Shown here: in pieces, positions 1-11,150 of the stretch
How positions within the stretch are numbered: position 1 is the stretch's first letter
Layout of the letters: each line of letters begins with the position of its first letter
NCBI GenBank assembly: GCA_035221665.1
Contig: CM069152.1
Location: forward strand, 15,128,001 to 15,192,000
DNA: 64,000 bases
DNA from: Okamejei kenojei
Lineage: Eukaryota
Reading direction: 5' to 3'
Program-made: the position numbers and the translations under genes
Notes under the pieces: generated by a model
The model's database searches: none
Told to the model about the DNA's origin: nothing
The model's input: the letters and a program-made list of their open reading frames with translations, nothing else

Positions 1-539
1 AGTGAGTTAAAAGAGAATGCGAGAAGCAGAATCCTGATGAATTGCAAAGGAACGCAGGAGATATCATCTGGTGAACCAGATGCTGAACCATCAGGGCTTC
101 TCAATAATAGGGTAGTCGGTTGTTGGAGTTCTGCATTATCTCCTACGATCAAAAGTGCTCCCTCTCATTATCATTCACACGGCTAATTTTTATACCAAAG
201 CAAATGTCTTTATCATTTAGGCCTTGATCACTAATATAATGAAGTGGATGTGTCCCTGGAAAACACTTTGTTTTATGGAACTTCAGCTTCTGTTTCATCT
301 CGTCTCCTAACCATTGAATAACTTCATCCATGATTCTTTGTACCGGATGAAAAGAATATAGAGTGGATTGTTTATAATAATTTTTCATCATACGAGGCTT
401 TGTTATATGAAGTATTCCTCTCTATTAGAGAAACCGAAGGATGAAGACTGAATCCTACTTAGCCCCACTAGTAGCAGCTTCCCACTCCCATAAATGTCTA
501 TCTACTATCATTCTTTCCTTCCTGCCTTTGAGGCAATTT

Positions 540-1457
540 TAGATCCAATTTGCCACTCTTCACGTATCTTTACTAGTTTGTTGAAACCCTTGCTGAAATC
601 CATGCATGCTCCATCCAATGGCATGTTGGCCTTTATAACACGAGGAGTCGAGTATAGGAGCAAAGAGGTCCTTCTACAGTTGTACAGAGCCCTAGTGAGA
701 CCACACCTGGAGTATTGTGTGCAGTTTTGGTCCCCTAATTTGAGGAAGGACATTCTTGCTATTGAGGGAGTGCAGCGTAGGTTTACAAGGTTAATTCACG
801 GGATGGCGGGACTGTCATATGCTGAGCGAATGGAGCGTCTGGGCTTGTACACTCTGGAGTTTAGAAGGATGAGAGAGAATCTTATTGAAACATATAAGAT
901 TATTAATTACACGCTAGAGGCAGGAAACATGTTCCCGATTTTGGGGGAGTCCCAAACCAGGGGCCACAGTTTAAGAATAAGGGGTAAGCCATTTAGAACA
1001 GAGACGAGGAAACATTTTTTCTCACAGAGAGCTGTGAGTCTGCTTCAGAGGGCTGTGGAGGCCGGTTCTCTGGATACTTTCAAGAGAGAGCTAGACAGGG
1101 CTCATGAAGATATCGGAGTCAGGGTATATGGGGAGAAGGCAGGAACGGGGTACTGATTGGGGATGATCAGCCATGATCTCATTGAATGGCGGTGCTGGCT
1201 CGAAGGGCCGAATGGCCAACTCCTGCACCTATTGTCTAATACATTGTCTTCATCAGTCCTCCTTGTTACCTTGTCGAAGAATTCAGTCAAGTTAGTCAGA
1301 CATGATTAGGGGAGTGTAGGAGTGTGTCAGAAGGGTCTCGACCCAAAACGTCACCCATTCTTTCTCTCTAGGGATGCTGCCTGTCCCCCTGAGTTACTCC
1401 AGCATTTTGTGTCTATAGTCAGAAAAGATTCTCTCTTAACAAACCCACGCTGACTGC
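540..1457 (-). mobile_element. Older CR1 RT fragment split by younger CR1 and PLE insertions
   Basis: Pieces read QRGFVKRE / CLTNLTEFFDKVT / MDFSKGFNKL on the minus strand, matching the CR1 motif QHGF..SCLTNL.EFF...DFSKAFDKV. Confidence 0.7.
615..1238 (+). mobile_element. CR1-clade LINE 3' fragment (RT C-terminus + 3' UTR)
   Basis: ORF reads LYRALVRPHLEYCVQFWSP..RKDILAIEGVQRRFTRLI...TRGHSLRI, typical of CR1 ORF2, then the UTR ...gggccgaatggcc..ctcctgcacct. Confidence 0.92.
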
Positions 1458-1582
1458 CGCTGACACAAAATACTGGAGTAACTCAGTCTGAACAAAGGTC
1501 CTGATCCGAAACGTCACCCATTCCTTCTCTCCAGAGATGCTGTGTGTCCCGCTGAGTTACTCCAGCGTTTGCCGTCTATCTT
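1325..1582. mobile_element. Penelope-like terminal-repeat fragments
   Basis: Two copies of gaagggtctcgacccgaaacgtcacccattccttctctccagagatgctgcctgtcccgctgagttactccagcattttgtgtc-like sequence, plus a short inverted piece at about 1462. Confidence 0.75.
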
Positions 1583-1703
1583 TTAAGGTTTATACTGTTC
1601 CTTTTGATTCCAAAAATTCAGAAGTTGGTGATGACCATTTGAGGTGGACCACCAGGTTTTCCAAAGTATTGGATATTGCTTCCATAAACACGCCACTGCA
1701 ATT

Positions 1704-1993
1704 CTAGTTTAGTTCAGTTTATCATTGTCATGTGCACCGAGGTATAGTGAAAATCTTTGATGCTGTGTGCCATCCAGTCAGCAAAAAGACTATACGTGAT
1801 TACAATCACACTGTCCACAGTTCACAGATAGAGGATGAAGGGAATAATATTTAGTCCAGTAAGCTTTGATTAAAGATAGTCTGAGGGTCTTCTTTGAGGT
1901 GGATGGTAGGTCAGGACCATTCTCTAGTTGGTGATAGGATGGTTCAGTTGTCTCATAACAGCTGGGAAGAAACTGTCCCTAACTCGGGAGGTA
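1704..1993 (-). mobile_element. Rex1/Babar-type LINE 3' UTR
   Basis: Homologous to the sequence that follows Rex1-type ORF remnants at 46790-47218 and 19560-20042; (TAAAC)n-like tail. Confidence 0.6.
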
Positions 1994-2327
1994 ATTTTAA
2001 TCCATTATTGTTCCATTTTAAACCATTGATCAATATTTATTTTCCATCTGAACTGTGAACTTCTGACCTAACCATGGATTTATGAGGAGACTGCCTTAAG
2101 GTAGCTGCTTGCCATGAATAAAGAATGGTGGTAGGGGATAGCACTATTCAATGATTTAGTTTAGTTTAGATTAGTTTAGAGATACAGCGTGGAAACAGGC
2201 CCTTCGGCCCACCGAGTCCGCACCGACCAGCAATACCCACACAGTAACACAAGCCTCACACACTAGGGACAATTTACACTTATACCCAAGTACACAAACC
2301 CAAGCCAATTAACCCACGAACCTGAGG

Positions 2328-2955
2328 TTGACACAAAATGCTGGAATAACTCAGCGGGACAGGTAGCAGCTCTGGAGAGAAGGAATGGGCAATGTTTCGG
2401 GTTGAGACCTTTGTTATCATCTCTTCCCCAGCTAACAATGGACTATTATGGTCTCCAACCTTCCTTGGTCATCAGTTGCCGGCATGGCTTTGTTCTGGAT
2501 TTTCCTTACCTCCAGTTCCCTCCCCTCTATTGGGACAAGCCCTGGCAAGTGATGGGGGGGGGGATTGGGTGGATTAAGTAACACAGGCTGGAGGTAGAAA
2601 GGATGCAAAATAGTGTCAGATAAGGACAGAAGAGGAGTGAAATGTAAAGCCAGAGCGAGAGATATTGGTGGAAGTGGACATGAGATAGGGGAAAGAGGGG
2701 GGAATGAAATGGTACTGAGGGATGAAGGGTCCCGACCCGAAATGTTTCCCATCCATTCCTCACCTGCATCCACCTATCACTTGCCAGGCTTTGTCCCACT
2801 CCCACCTCTCTTTTCCAGCTTTTTCCCCACTACTACAATCAGTCTGAGGAAGGGTCCCCACCCGAAACGCCTCCTATTCTTTTTCGCCAGACCCATTGAG
2901 TTACTCCGACATTTTGTGTCTATCTTCAGCGTGAACCTGCATCTGCAGCTCCACC
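2328..2955. mobile_element. Rearranged Penelope-like fragments in both orientations
   Basis: Terminal repeat on minus at 2328-2410 and on plus at 2715-2955, with PLE 3' UTR pieces (gctaacaatggactattatgggtctcc). Confidence 0.6.
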
Positions 2956-3806
2956 TAATGCAGGTTACTTCCATGGCTGGGTGTCACTGGAGAGGAAGCG
3001 CAAGTGTCCACTCGTTCACCCGAGGTCTCCATAACCTCAGGTTGGGGGGTCTGGACAAAACATGGCTTGGATAAAGACCAAAGCACCCTCTACAGTGCCA
3101 CTCAGATTGCCCCAGAGCAGGTAAAGCGTGGGCTGACTGATGGTGAGCAAAAGTGAGCCGAGCTCAACTTCAGAGGTGAACTGTTTAAATTATATATCCA
3201 CAAACTCACTACAGCTGCCACTTATGACCTTCTCGATGGAGATGAACGGTTTGAAATTAATTGTGGTTAAATTACAAGAAATTTGCAATCTGGAGTCATA
3301 CCCAGAATTGATTTGACACTAATCCAATTATTGGATGATATGGTAGAAGTGTTTTAAATTACAAAGAGATGGGATAGAATAGTCAGCAGTAAATTAGATC
3401 GAGTCCTTGTTTTTACAGAACGGCAAGACTGAAAATGGAGTTCACCACGAGTGCAATAAATTGCACGCATTTCTGGTTTGCTTTGGTTTTTTTCACCAGC
3501 CATTCACACTTGTGTTAAGCACTTTCACATTCGGCAAGCACCTACCGACGGCAACCCTGTCTCTGAGTGATGTTTAGTTTTAGGTTAGTTATAGAGAGAC
3601 AGTGTAGAAATAGGCCCCACGGCCCAGCAGGTCTGTGCCGACCATCGATCACCCGTACACTCATTCCATGTTATCTCTCTTTTGCATTCTACACACTAGA
3701 GGCTATTTACAGAAGCCAATTGACCTACAAATCTGCAAGTCTTTGGAATATGGGAGGAAACTAGAGCACCCGGAAAAACGGGGAGATCGTAAAAACTCTG
3801 CATGGA

Positions 3807-4130
3807 GGGCGCACGGTGGCGCAGCGATAGAGTTGCTGCCTTGCAGCGCCAGAGACACGGGTTCGATCCTGACCACGGGTGCTGTCTGAACGGAGTTTGT
3901 ACGTTCTCCCCGTGACCACGTGGGATTTCCCCGAGTGCTCCAGATTCCTCCCACACTCCAGAGGCGTACAGGTTTGTCAGTCAATTGGCTTTGGTAAAAA
4001 TTGTAAATTGTCCCTACCTAGGGTGTAGGATAGTGCTAGTGCATGGGGATCACTGGTCGCCGTAGACTGGGTAGGCCGAAGGTCCAGTTTCCGCGTTGTA
4101 TCTTTAAACTAAACTAAACTAAACTAAACT
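3807..4130 (+). mobile_element. Full-length HE1-like (V-SINE) tRNA-derived SINE
   Basis: A box ggtggcgcagcgat; B box gggttcgatcc; V-domain-like core ggagtttgtacgttctccccgtg; CR1-like tail gggccgaagg..gtttccgcgttgtatc; (TAAAC)n tail. Confidence 0.9.
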
Positions 4131-4408
4131 ACATTAAACTCCGCACAGACAGCCTACCTGTAGTCAGGATGGAACATGAGTCTCCGGCGCTGTAAGGCAG
4201 CAACTCTACTGCCCCCCTGTGTTCTGAGTAACTGTCATTTTGTAGTGACAACCCAACCAGATCTCGATGGCCCTCCTTGCTCTTCAGCACCTCCTGCTGC
4301 GGTCTCACCATTTAAACAGCCACTCACGCTGGAAGATCCATCTCCTCCATATAGTCAGCACCCGCAGTCGGGATCGAACCCGGGTCTCTGGCGCTGCAAG
4401 CTCTGTAA

Positions 4409-4687
4409 TGCCCCCGTCCCACTTAGGAAACCTGAGCGGAAACCTCTGGAGACTCTGCGCCCCACCCAAGGTTTCCGTGCAGTTCCCGGAGGTTGTTGTC
4501 AGTCTCCCTAATGGTCGAAAGTGGTTTCCGTTTTTAAAATCGGTAATTTTTTAGTCGAAGGCGGTTGCGATGCTAGTTGAAGGTGGTTGCCGGAGGACAA
4601 AAACCTCCGGGAACCGCACGGAAACTTCGGGTGGGGCGCAAAGTCTCCAGAGGTTTCCGTTCAGGTTTCTTAAGTGGGACAGGGGCA
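4409..4687. mobile_element. PIF/Harbinger-type MITE with TAA target-site duplication, inside a SINE head
   Basis: Terminal inverted repeats (TIRs) of about 80 bp (tgcccccgtcccacttaggaaacctgagcggaaacctctggagact... / ...agtctccagaggtttccgttcaggtttcttaagtgggacaggggca). TAA lies at 4406-4408 and 4688-4690; removing the element restores the SINE sequence ctgTAAggcagcaactctaccg. Confidence 0.9.
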
Positions 4688-5102
4688 TAAGGCAGCAACT
4701 CTACCGTGGCGTGCTTAGCACCACATTTGCTAAAAATCTGCGGATTCTCAGTTAGTCACACACCTGAGAGCTGGAATCTTGTAAATGTTACGTCCTTGTT
4801 CAGAATGAAAGGAGGAGGAATTAAACAGTCACCTTGGTAGTGCGGAATGTTCTGGAAACAATGCTCAGGGAGAGAATTAATAGTCAATTGAACAAAGGTG
4901 GACTGATTAGTAAAAGGCAGCGTGGATTTGTGGAAGGCAAATCGTGTTAATGTTAATTAACAAGGTATTCGTTTTCAATGAAGTAGCAGTCAATGGGAGA
5001 AATAAAAGAAAATAGATAGTGGTCATGAGAGATTGCTTTTCTGGCTGAAGTGGAGTGTTAAGTAGAAGATCCGCAGAAGTCAGTGCCAGATCGCTATTTT
5101 TC

Positions 5103-5440
5103 TTAGTTTAATTTAGTTGAGTTCAGTGTAGAGGTACAGCATGGTAACAGGCCCTTTGGCCCATCGAGTCCTCGCCGACCAGTCATCCCTGCACAGTCAC
5201 ACAATCTTGCACACACTCGGGACAATTTACATTTGTACCAGGCCAATTAGCCTGCAAACCTGTACGTTTTTTGGAGTGTGGGAGGACAACCGAAGATCTC
5301 GGAGAAAACCCACGCAGGTCACGGGGAGAACGCGCAAACTCCGTACAGACAGCGCCCGTAGTCGGGATCGCTCTAATATCTTTGGTCAGGATCGAACCCG
5401 ATATAAGGCAGCAATTCCACCGCTATGCCACCGCGCCACC
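5103..5440 (-). mobile_element. HE1-like SINE
   Basis: Reverse complement of the 3807-4130 element. Confidence 0.85.
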
Positions 5441-5734
5441 CTAGTTGTTTATCAATGACTTAAGACTTGGGTGTGCAGATTTCTATTCCCAGATTTACGG
5501 CCGAAACAAAACTTGGCGCAGTAGATAATGTGGAGGACAATAATGAGCTTCAAGAAAATGTGACTTGGCAAGTTGAAGTGAAGGTATAATGCAAAGTGGT
5601 AGATTTTGGCAGGAAGTATAAAGCAACGTAAGCCAGAGGGCACAATTCTAAATGCCATCCACAAACTGAGAGCCCGAAGAGTTTCTGTCATTGCAAGTGG
5701 CAGGACAGACAGAAAAGAAACAAGAAGAAAAAGG

Positions 5735-6010
5735 ACAGCACGGCAGAGTTGCTGCCTCACAGCGCCAAAGTCCCGGGTCCACATCAGACTAGGGTTGCTG
5801 TCTGCTGAGTTTGTATGTTCTCCCTGTGACCGCGTGGCTTTTCTCCAGGTTCTCCGGTTTCCTCCAACACTCCTAAGACGTGTAGTTTTGTAGGTAAATT
5901 GGTCCTACTGTGTAGGATAGTGCTGGTGTACAAGGTGATCATTGGTCGGCATGGACCCAGTGGGCCGAAGGGCCTGCTTCCATGCTATACCTCTAGAGTA
6001 TCAAGTCTAA
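5735..6010 (+). mobile_element. HE1-like SINE (diverged)
   Basis: Head agagttgctgcctcacagcgcc; tail gggccgaagggcctgcttcc. Confidence 0.8.
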
Positions 6011-7197
6011 AGATACAAGATCCTGTGCTTTATAAATAAGGCATTAAATACAAATGCTATGAAGCCTTTGGGCTGCTACAACTTCAGTCCAGAACTCCAC
6101 ATTTTAGGAATATTTATGACAATAACTAACCACAATAAAAAAATGAATTGGCAAGTTGCAGTGACGTATAATGCAAAGTGTTAGATTTTGGCAGGAAGTA
6201 TAAAGCAATGTAAACCAGAGGGCTCAATTCCAAAAGGCAATTCTTTAGAATTGTCTTTGGGGAGGATGGTAGAGATTTTTACCACGATGACTTCAGGGAT
6301 GAGAAACCTTACGTATGTAGATGGATCGGAGAAGCTTGTTCTTCCTGCAACAGGGAAGGTTGCAAGGGGATTCATTTAAAATAATGAAGAGTGCAGATAA
6401 AGTAAAATTCTTCCCATTAGCGGAAGGGTCAGGGACTAGGGCACACAGAGTGAAGCTGATTGGCAATAAGTACCCAAAGTGACGCTGGATAAAATATATC
6501 TGCGCAGTGAGTGGTCGGTACCTGGAATGCACCGCGACTGGTTGCAACGGAAGAGAGCAGTGGCATCCTGCTGTAGGTAGAAGGGTCTCACGCCAAAACG
6601 TCACCCATTCCTTCTCTCCAGAGATGCTGCCTGCCCCGCTGAGTAACTCCAGCATGTTGTGTCTATCATCCTGCAATGGAAAGTTGGATAATTATCTGAA
6701 AGGGAAGAATTTACGGGGATTTAGACTTTGGAGATACAGCACAGAGGCAGGCCCTTCGGCCCACCGAGTCCCTGCCGACCTGTGACCAACCCGTACACCA
6801 GCACTATCCTACACTATCCTACACACTAGGGACAATGTACAATTTACAGAAACCACTTAACCCACAAAATCTGTACGATTTTATAGTGTGGGAGGATACG
6901 CGTGCGGTCACGGGGAGATCGTACAAACTATGTACAGGCTGTGGGGAGAAGGTGAGAGAGTGGAGGTTGTGCAAGGGCCAGTGCCGACGTGATAGGCAGA
7001 ATGGTCTCTCAATGCCAGCAGTTCAGTGTTTATTGTGAATGGACGGGTGATTAAGCTGAAGTAAATCTCCACTGTTGCCAAATTTCCTTTGAAACCGCTC
7101 CACGGGGTGGAAGCACTTCAGAAGCACTTGCCTGTTGGCAACACTGAAGGCACGCTTTCACAAATAAGTATTCCTGCATATCGGCTTTCCTTTCTGT

Positions 7198-7390
7198 GGG
7201 AAGGAACTGCAGATGCTGCTTTACACCAAAGATAGACCCAAAATGCTGGAGTAACTCAGCAGGTGAGGCAGCAAATCTGGAGAATAGGAATAGGAGTCTG
7301 AAGAAGGGGTCTCGACCCGAAACCTCACCTCTCTCCAGAGATGCTGCCTGACCCGCTGAGATACTCCAGCTTTGTGTGTCTATCTTTAGT
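7198..7390. mobile_element. Fold-back pair of Penelope-like terminal repeats
   Basis: Minus copy 7198-7293 is directly followed by plus copy 7295-7390, which carries ctgaaga..gggtctcgacccgaaa. Confidence 0.75.
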
Positions 7391-8582
7391 CTTTCCTTTG
7401 CCTGGATAGCATGCAAACAAAAGCTTTTCACTGTGTTCTTGTTTGTAAGCTCATAAGTGACAGGAGCAGAATTATGCTTTAGGCCATTCGGCCCATCTTC
7501 ACCATTCAATCATGGCTGATCTATCTTTACCTCTTAACACCATTCTCCTGCCTTCTACCCAAAACCCCTTTACTAATCAAAAATCTATCTATCGCGGCTT
7601 TAAGAATATCCATTGACTTGTGCCCCAGTACACGTGACAATAGTAAACTGAACACAAATATTTTTCTCTGCTTAATACCACACCTCACCCGGTACCTCTA
7701 GAGTGTTAGCCTACTATGGGTGCATGATGGAAGTGCCTTTACTGAATGGGCTCCAGTACAAGACTTTGAGCCAGGACAGCGCATGGAGACCCACAGAGGA
7801 GTGATCTCCGGCACCTGTCACCCATGAAAGGCCCAGTGCCTTTTCGGAATGAGGCACTTGAAAGGACAGTTACTTCCTCAATTAGACTAGCCATCTTAAT
7901 CTTGCCTGAAAGACTCTTTATCGATGTACACGCGTCTGACTGCAAATAACTGCCGTGGACTTTCTTTGTAAAATGAGTCATGAGACTCACTTCAAGTAAT
8001 TGCTCCATTTATGCCAAGTGAAAGCACAATGGGCTGCAATTGATTTAGTTTTAAGACCAATCCCAACAATAAACGAATCAGACAAAACAATCCTAGTTGT
8101 GCAAAGATATGTGACACATTGATCTCTTTTGAACGGAACAATCTTGTTACTGGTCCCTGCACTTTTGAGGATTTCCTCAGAGGTACCTTGTTCTATCTTG
8201 GCCGACACAACAAATAATGCTCGTCAGTTCAATTCAGTTCAGTTTAGTTAATTTTTGCACGAGTAGCGGGGTACAGTGGAAAGCTTTTGTTGCGTACGAA
8301 CCAGCCAGCGGAAAGACAAGACATGATTACAATTAAGCGGCTGCCAGGGGCGGAAATCCCGGGTGGGGGACAGGGGCCCCCCCCCCCCCCCCCGTTTTGT
8401 GAGGTAAAAAACTTGGTTAAAAAAAGCTATTAAAAATCTCTGCATTCCGCGACAGGGGGTGGGACTGCTGATCGGGGGCTCCAATTGGTCAGCAGGCATT
8501 GGGGGGGGGGGGGGGGACCATGATGATTCAGCGCGATGATTGGAGAAGCGAGGTGTCGGTCAGAGGCGGAAGTAGGATGTGG

Positions 8583-9058
8583 ACCCACAGTCCCGTTTAT
8601 ATCAACGGGTCGATGGTTAAAAGGGTCAAGAGCTTTAAATTCCTGGACGTGCACATCTCTGAAGATCTTCCCTGGTCCGGGAACACTGATGCTACTATTA
8701 AGAAAGCTCATCAGCGCCTCTACTTCCTGAGAAGATTACGGAGAGTTGGTCTCTCTAACTTCTACAGGTGCACAGTAGAGAGCTTGCTGACCGGTTGCAT
8801 CGTGGCTTGGTTCGGCAGCTTGAGCGCCCTGGAGAGGAAAAGACTCCAAAGAGTAGTAAACACTGCCCAGTCCATCATCGGCTCTGACCTTCCTTCCATC
8901 GAGGGGATCTATCGCTGCCTCGAAAAAGGACCCACACCATCCTGGCCACACACTCACCTCCCTGCTACATCCAGGTAGAAGGTACAGGAGCCTGAAGACT
9001 GCAACGACCAGGTTCAGGAATAGCTACTTCCACCACAGCCATCAGGCTATTAAACTTG
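8583..9058 (+). mobile_element. Rex1/Babar-type LINE RT C-terminal fragment
   Basis: SFKFLDVHISEDLPW...KKAHQRLYFLRRLRR..NFYRCTVESLLTGCIVAWFG...LQRVVNTAQSIIGSDLPSIEGIY is characteristic of Rex1-type ORFs. Confidence 0.88.
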
Positions 9059-9849
9059 GCGATTGAAGCCCCATGATTCAGGGCGGACGAAGCTGCTGTT
9101 GCTGGAGTTCTGAGTCGGTCACCAACCAGGTCAGCTCCTGATGTTACCATCCACAGGGCACATGGCCGAAGCCTCGCGTGTGTGTGCATGTGCGCGCGGC
9201 CGCCAATAAATTGTGTCGCCCCCCCATGCTTTGAGAGCGACTTCCGTGTCTGATTGAGCCATTCGCAGTGTATAGGTTCATGATAAGGGGATAACGTTTA
9301 GTGCAAGGTGAAGTCCGATCAAAGAAAGTCCGATGGTCCCCGATGAGGTAGATAGTAGTTCAGGACTGCTCGCAACTCGGTCACTGTGTACATCTTCTCT
9401 CTTAACCACGTCACCTACACAAGGCCTTCCCTAAGGTCTGAGGATGGACGTTCTTGCCCAGGATCCCTTCAGATTGTCCGGAAGTGAAAACATGACATTT
9501 GGATGTGAAACTCGGGTAGTCAAAGAGAGTTTCAGTGCATAAACAGGCCCTTCAGTCCGCGGAGTCAGTACCAAACAACAAGCATTTTATACTAATCCTA
9601 CGGCAACCCATTGTATCCTTCACATATGTTTTATTAACTCACACCAAGTAATTACCATTGTCCATTGTAAGGCATTAACTGGGATGAAACTTCAGCATAT
9701 GTTGGATTAACACAAGACGCTGTAGATGTTGGAGTCGTGAGCAAAATACAAAGTGTTGGAGGAACTCAGCTCGTCAGGTAGCAGCCGGGAAGGGAATAGA
9801 CAGGGGACGTTTCAGAGACGGGATCGTTCTTCAATCAGTCTGAAGAAGG

Positions 9850-10420
9850 GAGACACAAAAAGCTGGAGTAACTCAGCGGGTCAGACAGCATCTCTGGAGA
9901 AAAGGAATAGGTGACGTTTTGGGTCGAGACCCTTCTTGAGACTGAGTCAGGGGAAAGGGAAATGAGAGAGACAGGCGGGTGATATAGAGAGATATAAAAC
10001 AAATGAATAAAAGATATGCAAAAAAGTAAAGTTGATAAAAGAAACAGGCCATTGTTAGCTGTGGGCTAGGTGAAAAAGAGTTACAGACAATGAGACTGAA
10101 CAAGACGGCTTTGAACCTAATACAATGACTTGGGTGGGGGAGGGATGGAGAGAGGGGGGATGCAAGGGTTACTTGAAGCTAGAGAAATCAATATTCACAC
10201 TGCTCAGTTGTAAGCTGCTCAAGTGAAATATGAGGTGTTGTTCCTCCAATTTACATTTTGCCTCAATCTGACAATGGAGGAGGCCCAGGACAGTGTGGGA
10301 ATAGGAAGGAATTATAGTGTTTGGTAACCGGGAGATCAGGCAGGCCCAGGCAGACTGAGTGATGGTGCTCAGCAAAACGATCGCCCGGTCTACGTTTGGT
10401 CTCGCCGATGTATAAGAGCC
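9850..10420 (-). mobile_element. Penelope-like element 3' end (GIY-YIG endonuclease C-terminus + UTR + terminal repeat)
   Basis: VLGLLHCQ.EAKCKLEEQHLIFHLSSLQ...NIDFSSFK*, followed by the terminal repeat at 9850-9950. Confidence 0.8.
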
Positions 10421-11150
10421 CACAGAATCCTGAGCCAAAATGTCGCTTGCCAGTCCGCCCATCCCTTCCCCACCACCGATGCTGCCTGACCCGCAGAGTT
10501 CCTCTTGCACTCTACGCTTTACACACAATAGATTAACCCAGTTTAGTCATAATCCAGGTCAAATAGTCTGCAGTGTGCTCAGCTAATATTACCGCCTGCT
10601 CAAAGAACTGGATATATCACTTCACATCATATCCGAGAGGCCGTACGCTTGGAAAACGCCATCTCGTCTTTCAGTGGCAAGGGAATTTAGTGTGCAAGGC
10701 CCACTGAGGCACTGGCAACTTTCATATTGACACAAGATTCATGCATTTTGTGCACACTTCAATGGAGGTTGGTGTCAGTTGTATGGAAAAATAAAATCTT
10801 TATTCACAATCACAATTTAACTCCCTTCAAAATAGTGCACAAAGTCCACGAATGTTGCTGCTTTATCAAGATTTTATTTTAGTGCTGGGATTTAACGTGT
10901 GCCAGCACTGGGTTTTCTTCTTCACTGAGGATGCTAAATTATGCCTATTACAGATTAATACCAAAAAAAATCATTTCTGGTGAGATTTTCAGTGACAATG
11001 GTGTTCAGGAGATACTCAGGAGAGTGTTTTATTGTCATATGTCCCAAACAGAACAAAGTCTTAATTACAGCAGCTCAACATAATATGTACACATAGTAAA
11101 CAATATAATAAACAAAAAGGTCAGTATATATGTATAATTATATATATTTA

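Noticed and set aside
494-1156. 220-aa ORF as a host gene
   Set aside because: It is a chance fusion of an antisense old CR1 piece with a 5'-truncated CR1 ORF2 C-terminus.
3807-3885. tRNA genes (also at each SINE head and at 28632-28670)
   Set aside because: The A/B-box segments run straight into SINE bodies and lack a complete cloverleaf. They are SINE heads.
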